Of a DNA stretch of 64,000 bases, positions 14,326 to 24,749 are shown one piece after another; positions within the stretch are counted from its first letter, which is position 1, and each line of letters begins with the position of its first letter. The translations under genes were made by a program, and so were the position numbers. This DNA is from Bugula neritina (lineage: Eukaryota > Animalia > Bryozoa): contig OZ037765.1 in assembly GCA_964035545.1 (NCBI GenBank), forward strand, positions 15,872,995 to 15,936,994, read 5' to 3'. Below the pieces are notes generated by a model. It worked only from the letters and a program-made list of their open reading frames with translations, searched no databases and was not told the DNA's origin.

Positions 14326-14815
14326 TGTCGAACGAAAATGTTTTAATAAATTTAATAATAATTTTAATAATATTTAAACTTATTAAAATATGAATATATA
14401 TTTATATTTATATTACTTGAATGAAAATAAACTTTCGCTTAATAATTGATTCAAGGGGAGACAATTAACAAGTTAGATATTACTTGATAATTTTGCTTTG
14501 AAATTAGTGTCTGCAATCCAATAACTGTAGAATAAAAATATAGGAGTTATCTCCGCTCGACAAATGTTTATTAACGGTTTGGTTTGGCAATATTATTTAT
14601 GTATAAACAATATGTGTGGTTCTATGTGTACTGTGTAATGGTAGCACTCAGATTATAAATTTCGTGAGACAAATTTAGGACCTGCCTCTCCGGAAATGAA
14701 TAAAACTATGAATTTTGCATGCGTTTTAAAATATCTATTTGATAATAATATGGAAACAAAAATTATAAGACAAGAAAATTTATTATAATAACCAAACCCA
14801 AAAGAAATAAAATAA
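14326..14815. repeat. Copy of the non-coding segment at 34475-34980, lacking the hammerhead-bearing end
   Basis: Directly alignable with 34475-34980, e.g. GGAGTTATCTCCGCTCGACAAATG and AGGACCTGCCTCTCC. Confidence 0.85.
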
Positions 14816-14922
<107 letters not shown>

Positions 14923-14957
14923 AGGAAAAGAGCAATTTAATTATATAGATGTTGTTT

Positions 14958-15008
14958 TATTGTACTACTAATAGTTTCATGCCTCTTCGGCACTCCTCAG
15001 GCACAATA
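14958..15008 (-). ncRNA. Minimal type I hammerhead ribozyme (PLE1 pLTR)
   Basis: Minus strand reads UAUUGUGC CUGAGGA GUGCC-GAAGA-GGCAU GAAA CUAUUAG UA GUACAAUA: 8-bp stem I, 5-bp stem II, very short stem III and a GUA cleavage triplet. Confidence 0.9.
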
Positions 15009-15256
15009 TTGACAAATTTAAATTTTTACATTAAGAAAATCAAAATGCTAAACACAAGGTAAAACGTAACGAAAACATAGCAGTGGCTGTATTGTTATAT
15101 AGGTTTGTAGGTGTAAATTAATATATAAAAACCATAATGTAATGTACAAACATAATTTATAGCAGATGCATGAAGTTTTTGTTGGGTGACTATTCTCTAT
15201 GGGTATTTGTATATTATTTACTATAGTACTTATAATATAAATAGGCTACAGAGTTT

Positions 15257-16441
15257 CTAGGTTTTGTGGTTGCACAGTAAGAATTTTTTTGAGTGTCGGC
15301 AGGTTGATAAGAGTTCGTTTCGCTTGTTTAAAGTACACATGTTAGGTTTGTATAAAATAAAGAAACATTCCCATAGGCATAAATTACACCTTTTGGTAGT
15401 TGTGTTGTATGGTTTCGCTTTTCTTAATATTTTCCAGCTTATGTTGTGCTTAATGTTTTTGTTAGTTAGTTGCCAAATGTGTTTGCTAAGTTCTGTTTGA
15501 TTTGCTTTCTCCTTGTTTTTAAATGATGATCTGTGGTTTGCGTATCTTAGTTTGAACGGTCCTTCACTTAGGCCAATGTATGTTGCAGGCTCGTTTTCGG
15601 TAGTTTCCACAGTTGCTTGGTATATAACTCTGCTCTCCTGGCAGCTTCCTTTCAGCGGACAACTTTCTTTTTTTCTACAGTTGCAGTTTTTTCTAGGGGT
15701 TTTGTTTTGTTGCTTCTGTTTCTCTAATAGTCTGTTATTGTGGGCATTTATGGTCTGTTTTATGTTTGGCATGCAGCTGTAGCTAACCTTTATAGTGTTT
15801 TTGTTGATTATTTTATAGAGTGGGTGTTGTTTTGGAAATTCCTCATTCATGATTTTAAAGAAGATTTTTCCAATTCTTGTGGTTACATGTTGGCTGTATG
15901 GTGGATTGTACCAAACACCTTTTCTTTTTCGGTTTCGAGATTTTTGTTGTGTGTTGTTTGTTTGGGTTCTTGGTAGGAATTGTAGTTGGTGTTTGTAGCC
16001 ACTTTGGTTTAGGAGGTTTTGGTGGTTGTAGGTGGATTGTGTGAAAATTTTCTCGTTAGATGATATTGACGACAGTCGTTTATTAACGGACGAGGGTAGG
16101 TTGGAGATTATGCTTGCTGGGTGGTTGGATTTGTTATGAATATATTTAGTAGAACTGTTTGGCTTAGTGTATGGTGTGTAGGTTTTATTATTTAGGTTGA
16201 GTGTGGTGTCTAAGAAGTTAATAATTTTTTTATTTGCTTCGATTGTTATTTTTAATCCATTTTCAGAAAATATTTTGCAGATGTCCTTTTTTATGTTCTC
16301 TATTTCTCTGGGTGTTTTGTCAGAGACTCCTAAGCCGTCATCTCTGTACAGGCCGAAGTTTTTGCCATGTTTTAGTGTTATTGAGTTTAAAATGTAAGCC
16401 CCAACTAATTCGCATGTTTCCGCGCCGTCGTATCCTCCCAT
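15257..16441 (-). CDS. PLE RT (C-terminal half) plus GIY-YIG endonuclease, 394 aa
   Basis: MGGYDGAETCELVG, LYRDDGL, INFLD, WYNPP, CNC..CPLKGSC linker, VIYQATV...TYIG (GIY-YIG) and RCNLCLWE...CRH. Confidence 0.9.
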   Translation of the reverse strand: MGGYDGAETCELVGAYILNSITLKHGKNFGLYRDDGLGVSDKTPREIENIKKDICKIFSENGLKITIEANKKIINFLDTTLNLNNKTYTPYTKPNSSTKYIHNKSNHPASIISNLPSSVNKRLSSISSNEKIFTQSTYNHQNLLNQSGYKHQLQFLPRTQTNNTQQKSRNRKRKGVWYNPPYSQHVTTRIGKIFFKIMNEEFPKQHPLYKIINKNTIKVSYSCMPNIKQTINAHNNRLLEKQKQQNKTPRKNCNCRKKESCPLKGSCQESRVIYQATVETTENEPATYIGLSEGPFKLRYANHRSSFKNKEKANQTELSKHIWQLTNKNIKHNISWKILRKAKPYNTTTKRCNLCLWECFFILYKPNMCTLNKRNELLSTCRHSKKFLLCNHKT

Positions 16442-16448
16442 TGTAACG

Positions 16449-16449
<1 letters not shown>

Positions 16450-16506
<57 letters not shown>
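16450..16506. repeat. (TA)n microsatellite flanking the 5' end of PLE copy 1
   Basis: TA run. Confidence 0.95.
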
Positions 16507-16508
<2 letters not shown>

Positions 16509-18174
16509 TAGCGACCCTTTGAAATCCCGCTGCGTATGATATACTGGCAACAAAAATTGATCAGCCTGTTAAACATAAATTTGGTGTAACTTAAAAGATC
16601 AAACAATTCCAAGACAGCTTCCTCAAACAATCTATGTAACTCAAATAAATTCCCAATTTCAACAATATTCCTTCAAATGTAATTTATGCAACTTCAAAGT
16701 AAATTTTTCAATTCAATGATAGCTTTTCCAAGTACAAATTATACAACAATAAAACAAACAATAATAAAAATTAGTACATCACAAGAAAAATAAATCAAGT
16801 TACTTACAATGGAACTTCTCAGTCCGAAATTGATTAGATTTAATTCAGTTAAATATGTTCTAAATTACTTCACACAAAATTAAATACACTGCGGCTCCTT
16901 CGATCATTAACGGCTCTTCTGATAGTTGACCGCTCCTCTTATCGTTGAATGCTCCTCTCATCGTCGATTACTGTTGCTGCTTCTGTGCTGCCTTTTATAG
17001 TCGGGTTGTTTTGGATTTTGAGGTTGATCAACCAAGTAAGTTGCTGGTTGGCCCGCAGCTTTCAGTTTAAAAAATGTAATAAGAAAGGAGTTGTTGATGA
17101 GAATTTCTTGACTTTGACCATATATAGATCTTTAGAGATTATAAGTTATACCAGCATCATTTCTACCATGACTCATATTCTGGAATATATGTTTTATAAT
17201 AAGATTATAATATATATATAATAATATGTGCTAGTTGTTGTTCACGTGTTGACTTTGTAGATATTAGGTTTTATAGGTGAAGTAAACACCAGGTTATATC
17301 AAATTTGTATAATTCATCAAGTATATAATTAACGTTAAATGTCATCTATATGTTAGTATGACTGAATAATCATATATGTCCCAGTTTTATTCATGTTTGT
17401 TTACCAATTAATGTTCATGTAAGACGAGGTTAAAATTACAAATCCCAACACGTGAACAAAACATGTATGTAAAATTATCCCTATACCACAATTACTTGTA
17501 TAATACCATATTACTAAGCATATTATATTTGCATTATTCAAAGCACTGTAAATCATACGTTTAGTATATTAATGTTTAAAGCAATTTCCATGTAGTATCA
17601 TGACGCCTAGCTCTTTTGCATATTTCAATTTTAGCTGTACTCAAGTTTCAAGTCCATTGCTTTCAGAATATGTATTTCACATTCTTTCTTGAATTTTGTA
17701 GATATACAGTGTAGTCTACATACCGTGACCTAATAGATATTATAATTTATTGTTACTTCAACCTGTCACAGCAGTCATCTCCCTGAAAGTTTCAAGGAAG
17801 CAGGCAAGCCTCAGTACCAACGGAAGCCATAATTCAGCAAGTTGGAATATCTTAAAGGTATAATTTGTGAAATACAGAAGTAAGAGTTAAGCATATAAAA
17901 AGGGAAGAAAGCCCCATACATCTATAATTATTTACTGTTTCAAGAATAGCATATTTTCCAAGAACTGACTTTATGGGAACTATATTATAGTTTACCACCA
18001 CTATATCAGATTACATTTACTTGGTAAATTATTTACCACTCATAACCTGCTCAAATTGTTGACTACACTATAATCACTACCAACATATTATTCTCTGCAA
18101 ATGTATTACATTATTGTGCAGTATCTACTCTGCAAAAACACAAAACACTATGCATTTTCTGATCTGACATAATG
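16507..18174. repeat. Near-identical direct duplicate of 34998-36733
   Basis: Long runs of identity, from CTAGCGACCCTTTGAAATCCCGCTG to GCATTTTCTG..CTGACA. Confidence 0.92.
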
Positions 18175-18552
18175 CTCATTTTTGACTAATGTTTTAAAAT
18201 ATATTACCTATATATATTTGTTCAATTTAAAGATCATGTTATATAATAATTATGTTATCCATATTATTTTATCACTGTTCCTATAGCAATAGGCAATAGC
18301 CTAACTAATTTCCCTCATTAAGTGTCTACTCCAATCAATAAATATGTTTGAATTCTGAACAGCTTTTATTTGTCCAAGGTGAGTTAGTAATTGACAATCT
18401 AATAAAACATCTTTAACCTTCTAAAACTTTATTTGATGTTTGTCTATGCTGCAATATCAATGGTCAATTGCTTTATCTTTTTATAGTATTCAAGTCATGA
18501 GCCCAACAATACTTTCAACAATATACAGCCATGTGCACATTTATGTGTACAT

Positions 18553-19022
18553 ATAGTAAACACCTCACAGGTTCGAACCCCGTTAAAGTGTTGTGATTTA
18601 CACAATCTAAATGCGTGGTCCCTAGCTTGTAATTATACGTGATTTATCTGCAGTGATAGAGGGTTTACAGCAGGATTAGAATAGTATTTATTTGCAGTTA
18701 CATAATAATAAAAAGATACATATAAAACGATTCCACTATTTAATTACATCCTTCTTAGTCTAACGCACTCTCTACTATATATATCATCCTTCAAGTTATG
18801 CATCGCTGGGGGTTGTCACCTGACACATCTCTAATTGGTTGGGGGACACGTGGAGGCGGGCGTTGCGCGTTCCACTACAAAAGGCCATATTGGTGATGTT
18901 AGGACGAGCATCCAGCCATATAATTGCTCCTGTGCCCATCTGAATTAAGTGCTTAGCCAAGTTAACAACAACCCTTTCCATCAGGGGTTTCTCACAGGGA
19001 TGGAACTATAAAATTGCGTGGG
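18553..19022 (+). mobile_element. tRNA-derived SINE interrupted by a solo LTR
   Basis: Head TAGTAAACAC...GGTTCGAACCC (B box) at 18553-18582. The body at 18880-19022 matches the intact SINE at 51254-51466. Confidence 0.75.
18589..18879 (-). mobile_element. Solo LTR (291 bp) with 4-bp TSD
   Basis: TGTTGTG...CACTACA ends flanked by an AAAG direct repeat (18585-18588 and 18880-18883). TATA-like and AATAAA motifs lie on the minus strand, and the element splits the SINE cleanly. Confidence 0.7.
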
Positions 19023-19184
19023 TGTATATGTGTGTGTGTATATATATATATATAATGTATGCTGATTGTCAATCTAGTTGGAGTTCCAGCAAAGTAAAGT
19101 GCTCGATATCACGGGTGACAGAGCTAATATAATGTAGTGTGTTCAGATTGTTAATGATACATATATATTTTTTTATTTAAAAAA

Positions 19185-19237
19185 TCTCACACGACTATAT
19201 AGTTTCGTACAGTAAACTGCACTCGTCAGGTGTTAGA
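19185..19237 (-). ncRNA. Minimal type I hammerhead ribozyme (PLE2 pLTR)
   Basis: Minus strand reads UCUAACAC CUGACGA GUGCAG-UUUA-CUGUAC GAAA CUAUAUAG UC GUGUGAGA, with a palindromic stem III and a GUC triplet. Confidence 0.92.
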
Positions 19238-19469
19238 CTAAAAATAAATAAAATCTATGAAGCATACCGATTATTCAAATTTTTACATAAAGAAAATTAT
19301 CATGCTAAACACAACTTAAAACGAAATGCAAACATAGTAGTGGCTTTGGTATTATCTATTAATTAATTAAATTGCTCTTTTTCTAAAGGATTAGACTATA
19401 AAAGCTAGATGTTTGATGGAAAGGCTAATTTATAATAGGTAGTAATATGGTTGAGAATTGATAGTATTG

Positions 19470-20633
19470 TTATGTGATGTTGCCCAGGTAGTGCTTACGT
19501 GCATGTCTGCATGTGGATAGAATCTCATTTCTGTTATTAAGGGAAGATTTGCTGGGCTGGTATATTATGAAATATTTTTCCCATAGGCAGAGGTTGCACC
19601 TTTTAGTGACTTTGTTGTATGAGTTGGTCTTTTTCATAATTTTCCATGTTATGTCAAAATGGGTGTTCTTGTCTTTTAGTTTCCAGATATATTTGCTCAA
19701 TTCAGTATGGTTCTTTTTTGTTTTGTTGTTAAAAGTTGATTTGTGGTTATACAATCTGGTTTTGAATTCTGTTTCTGATGTTCCCACGTAAGTCTGGGGT
19801 TGGCTGCCATCTTTGGTTGTAACTGTAGCTTGGTATATGATGCACTTTGTGAGGCATTTTCCATCTAGTGGGCACACTGTGCTGTTTCTGCAGTTACATT
19901 CTCGAGGAGGTTGGTTTGCTGGGTTGAGTAATCTTTTATTGTGGCTGTTGATTATGTTGCTTAAATTTCTGCAGCAGCTGTAACTGAGTTTTATGTTGTT
20001 TTTGTTGAAAATTTTGTAGAGTTTGTGATCTTTGGGTATTTCTTCCTCCAGGATTTTAAAAAATTGTTTTCCCAGGTTGCTTGTTACACTTTTGGAGAAT
20101 GGGGGGTTATACCATGTGATGTTTCGTCGTCTTTCTCTTTTTGATCTGCTAGTGGTGTGTGTTGGCTGGAATGTTAGGTTATGTGTGTATCCACTTTTAC
20201 TTAGAGCTTCTTGGTGTATTTTTGTTGTTTGACTGAAGACTTCTTCGTTAGATGAGAGATTGGAGAGCCTGTTGTTTATGGCTTGTGGAATGTTTCTTGT
20301 GATATGGGGTGGATGGTTGGATTTGGAGTTTACATATAGGATTTCGCTGTTAGGTTTTACATGGGGTTTGTGTGTTCTTTTGCTAATGTCAAAATTTATA
20401 TCTAGATAGTTGACGACTTTTTTGTTTACTTCAATGGTGATATTTAGATTATGTTTTTGGAAAATTTTGCAGATTGATTTTTTAATTCTATCTATATTTT
20501 TTGCAGTGTCGTTGATTACTCCTAGGCCGTCATCACGGTATAAACCGAAGGTATTTCCAAACCTCTGGTTGATTTTATATAGTAAAAATATGCCGACCAG
20601 AGTGCAACATTCTGCACCGTCATAGCTGCCCAT
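19470..20633 (-). CDS. PLE RT (C-terminal half) plus GIY-YIG endonuclease, 387 aa
   Basis: MGSYDGAE, LYRDDGL, VNYLD, WYNPP, CNC..CPLDGKC, IIYQATV...TYVG and RCNLCLWEK...CRH. Confidence 0.9.
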   Translation of the reverse strand: MGSYDGAECCTLVGIFLLYKINQRFGNTFGLYRDDGLGVINDTAKNIDRIKKSICKIFQKHNLNITIEVNKKVVNYLDINFDISKRTHKPHVKPNSEILYVNSKSNHPPHITRNIPQAINNRLSNLSSNEEVFSQTTKIHQEALSKSGYTHNLTFQPTHTTSRSKRERRRNITWYNPPFSKSVTSNLGKQFFKILEEEIPKDHKLYKIFNKNNIKLSYSCCRNLSNIINSHNKRLLNPANQPPRECNCRNSTVCPLDGKCLTKCIIYQATVTTKDGSQPQTYVGTSETEFKTRLYNHKSTFNNKTKKNHTELSKYIWKLKDKNTHFDITWKIMKKTNSYNKVTKRCNLCLWEKYFIIYQPSKSSLNNRNEILSTCRHARKHYLGNIT

Positions 20634-21646
20634 TGTAATGTCAAATGGAGTAAAAAATGTGGCTCATTATTTGAAAGTTATATTTAACATGTGCTACTTT
20701 TGTCAGGTATAAACCAAATGTTGTTTACTTGAAACCTACCCTACAATCTAAAATAAAACTTCAGGTTATTTGTTTTTTTTCAAGCTTTCAGCGTTGATGC
20801 AGTGAAATTTTTACTGAGTGAAATTACAAAATTGTCAAAATGTGCTTTTTAAGAAAACACTAAATTTTCTACTCGCCAGTATAAAATTTATGTTACTTTA
20901 ATTTCATTTTATTATAGATAGTAGCAGCAGAAATAAAGTTAACTGATTAGCCAAAACACATACTGCATTATAATCAAGTATGATACAGAATGTCAAATTA
21001 TTGTAAAATATGGCCTGGACATAACTTGTGATCACTAGAACATATTAGTAAGATAAGATTTTTGCACTCCAATGAGATCTTTTAGCTAATGGTTTATATT
21101 GAATTCTTTGGAAATATGAGCGTTGTGCTGCCTTTCTCATTAAGAGTTATCCATCCAAGGTACAAGTGATTTATTGTTTCTAAACTCTAAAACATTTGAA
21201 AATAATTGCCAAAACACTGATCAATATTATATACATTGCTTGTTGGCAGTTACAACAGATTTTATAAACATAATAAATAGACTAAGCCTTTAATGTTCAA
21301 CTCAATATAATCTTTGGAAGTTGTAGATGTTGTAGTAAAACAACTTGAATAACATATTGCCAATTTTAATTCAATACTAAATTATGTAAAGCAAAAATGT
21401 TCCACAGTTAGCAGTTCTAACTCAAACATTTAACTAGATACATGTTATATGCAAATAGTGTTCCGAACAAATTATTACATTGTATGTTTACTACAGCATG
21501 GCTGTAAGTTACCAGAAAATAATATTTTATCTCAAGTTCGTTACTTTATCCTAAATGTCCTGTGAACAGGAGCAACCTGAAGTTGTCCGAGGGGCTGAAA
21601 AGTCTTTGCATTTATGTATGGCCTTTGCATGCATTATTGGAACTGG

Positions 21647-22649
21647 TTATAGTACTCCATCCAAAAACATTAGCTGATCCACCATATTCAATGCACTATC
21701 TAAAGGCCAACAAAACAAATATAATATAAGCAAAATAAACTCATTATTTGCACATAGCCTGGCTTGAAAATTGATGTGTACTAAGAAAACACTAGTTTGC
21801 TTCATACAACAAAATTGGAAAATGCATAGCTACTTGAAAATTTGACACCTGAAAGAGCCACTTTCTGACACCAATAGTGAGTACAACAATTAATTTATCT
21901 ATATTCTATGTAATAAAGAATGAGTTGAAAACACCGTATAAACTGAGTATATGACAGTTAATCAATAGCGAATCTCAATAGTATATATGTATTAGGTTGT
22001 TCTGTTGACGAAACAACAATCCAAATTAACAATACACTAGTATTTGCAACCTAGCTATGCATAATGGAAAGAATGTTGAAATTCATATTTTTAGTTAGGT
22101 GAAGAAAGCTGGAATAGTAAAATACCTAAAAATTTACTAGAAACTAACCAATGTCTTTTTTCTGAATGGTCTTTCTTGCTGCTATTTTAGTGTTCTCTAA
22201 TGAGTGCTTAGTCATAAACTTGATGAACTGTTCCTGTGAGCAATAGAAATTATTGGACAATTTAAGAAGAGCAGTTAATAAAATTAAAATTAGAATGGTT
22301 AAAATGACTGCATAAAATCTGCAACAAATAAAAATTATTTTTAAGCAACAATATAGTACATCATTTTGAAATATACAAGAAATTTAATGCTCACTGTAGC
22401 TCGAGAGATTAAGAATGATGCATCTGAGCTGCATATTGTCACATCTGAATCTGTTTTGATGATCAACTTTATTTTACTTTGGGGAAGTCGATTACATTTC
22501 TCATTTCTAAATGCATCTTGATCGTTATCTTGAGGGTCATCATCGTCATCATTAGGAGCTTTATTTTCAATCTCGTCATCAGAATCATTCAGTGAATTTG
22601 TTAAAGTTAGACAGCCATTTATTTCAGTTGATGGTAAGCTCTCTCCCAT
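21647..22649 (-). CDS. POLE4: DNA polymerase epsilon subunit 4 (H2A/NF-YC-type histone fold)
   Basis: Exons 22395-22649 (RLPQSKIKLIIKTDSDVTICSSDASFLISRAT), 22149-22233 (EQFIKFMTKHS...RKTIQKKDI) and 21647-21699 (DSALNMVDQLMFLDGVL*). GT-AG boundaries are phase-compatible. It matches the POLE4 pattern RLP..K.DPDV...RA.ELF...RKT.Q..D.D.A....D...FL.G.L; the paralog CHRAC1 is less likely. Confidence 0.85.
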
Positions 22650-22835
22650 GACTTGCAATATACCTGTAAAAACCTGCGCTATTATTTTTATTTATATGGT
22701 CAATTTATGTAAAATCGAATATTACGCTACTAGAATAATATTTCAACAGTAGCAATTGAACAGAACATAATTACTATTCTCATGATATGAAAAAACTACC
22801 TGCCACTTCTTATTCCCTACGAAATAGGAGGTCTA

Positions 22836-23518
22836 CACACGGAGCACACACAGTTTTATTTATTCCTAACTTATTTAGTGTTACATTGGAAAGCTTTGCA
22901 GCTAACAGCTCAAGTATTTCAGAATGCAGATCGATTGGAGTCTTGATTTCAAGATCAATCAACATCTATGCCATTGCAACGATTTTTAAATATTTTGAGT
23001 ATTATTTTAACTTAAGAATATACAAATTATAGCCAAGGCTGAATGTAACTTGTGTTAGTGAGTTACAAAGTCTATATGGTAAACTGGTGGTGAATGTATA
23101 TAAATGCAGATAAATGTTAACATATTGTTTTTGTAAGATAATGCAATTAGTTGCATTTTTAAAAGTGAAGCTTTATTTGAGATGTTTTTATATTAATGTC
23201 TTTTGAGTTTATATTATGTTGGTTCAACTGCTACTGCAATTTTCAGCAAAATTTTGAGTTACTGAATTTATTGTTGATTTTGTGAAGACAAAGTTATTAT
23301 CATTAGGATCAAATATAAAATAAGTAAAGTTGCTTTTTGCTTCCTTTTTGCTTACTCAAAATAATTAGAAATCGTTGCAATGGAATAGATGTTGATTGAC
23401 CTTAAAATCAAGACTCCAATCGATCTGCATTCTGAAATACTTGAGCTGTTAGCTGCAAAGCTTTCCAATGTAACACTAAATAAGTTAGGAATAAATAAAA
23501 CTGTGTGTGTTCCCTGTG
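22836..23518. mobile_element. MITE with ~165-bp TIRs and TA TSD
   Basis: 22836-23000 is the reverse complement of 23353-23518, with TA on both flanks. Confidence 0.85.
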
Positions 23519-24749
23519 TAATTATTCTGCTGAAGTAGGCAAATTTCATAATGAAATTTGGGCATTATACAAAAGAAACTAATATAACATATAATGTTGC
23601 AAATCAAATCTTAATTTTGATCGTAGAAATATGTAAAATCACATTCAAAATTTTACCAAATAAGTTACGAAATTATTTTCTACTTCAGTCCACCACACCC
23701 TTTAAATTTTGCAATAGGCCATCACAATTTATTTTGTTTTTCTTGAGAACAAAAATAAGGAACAATAATATGAATAAATTTTATCAGTATTGATCCTCTA
23801 ATGCTACATAGACTGAGTCATACAGCAATGTCATTAGCAGGTAAACCTAAATCCTGAACTAAATAGACTTTTGTGCTAAAAATTTATTACAAAAGCAAAC
23901 TGCATGAGCACAAAACGCTGTCAATAGTATATTTACATTACAGCTTTAATATATCAGCAGGCAATTTATAAATTACAAATGATTAAAATAAAATGAACTA
24001 ACTATAGTGTCATGAGAAGGGCTTGGGCATCATTATGCATGTATGGGAAAAAAGGCCAAATTTAATGAATCCATGAGTTGAATCTCTAGTATTCTACTAT
24101 GTCACAAGTTGTGGTTTTGAGGCCAGTAGCCTAACGAGATACAGAGGGAGCACTGCAGTTACAATGTCAACTACTACTGAGTTTAGTAACAAAACTGTAA
24201 GGGTCCAGTTGAGACTTATTATTATTGACTTGAGCACTTGAAATTCATACACCTAATCGATATGTTTAATATGTGCTTGACTCCAATCACTCAACTAATT
24301 GATGACATTTAAACTTTTCTAAATGAATAAATCATCATAAGTTATGTCAGCAATTAACTATAATGTCAATGCTATCATAATGAGAGAAATGCAAAACTAA
24401 CCGCTATAGTGATTAAAAAACATGGAACTATCATTACTATAATGTTTTGTTAAGTGTTATTTTTCATTCACTATTATGAAATATTATTAATAACAAATTG
24501 AACAGTCAACTATTAACTGCAAAATGGGTAAACTTAAAGCAACTGTAGCATCCCTTATAAACTATAACTATAGTAATAGAGCCAGAGGTTTAGCTAAACT
24601 AAAAGTAAAACTATCAACTTAGTTTTTATTCCAACTACTAGACAGAGAAACTGAATGCCCATAATTTATAGTTATACTTATTACTTAAACTGCCAATCAA
24701 TTTGTTATATCATAATTGATTTTCTTACATATTTTTGTATCTGTTCTTA

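Larger units (their letters stand above)
19035..20650 (-). mobile_element. Second, divergent Penelope-like retroelement (Hydra-clade-like), 5'-truncated
   Basis: RT plus GIY-YIG ORF and a hammerhead in the 3' UTR; the 3' end abuts a (TG)/(TA) microsatellite. Confidence 0.9.

Noticed and set aside
16507-16550. Helitron 3' terminus (CTAG)
   Set aside because: No convincing subterminal hairpin and no A/T insertion signature.
16949-17221. Duplicated 78-90 aa ORF (also 35458-35694)
   Set aside because: There is no recognisable domain; the identity simply reflects the recent block duplication.
15257-20633. Naiad-type selenoprotein PLEs
   Set aside because: The endonuclease is C-terminal rather than N-terminal, there is no in-frame UGA, and the ORFs end in TAG and TAA.
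22787-23549. Two similar small ORFs on opposite strands
   Set aside because: They are artefacts of MITE terminal inverted repeats.
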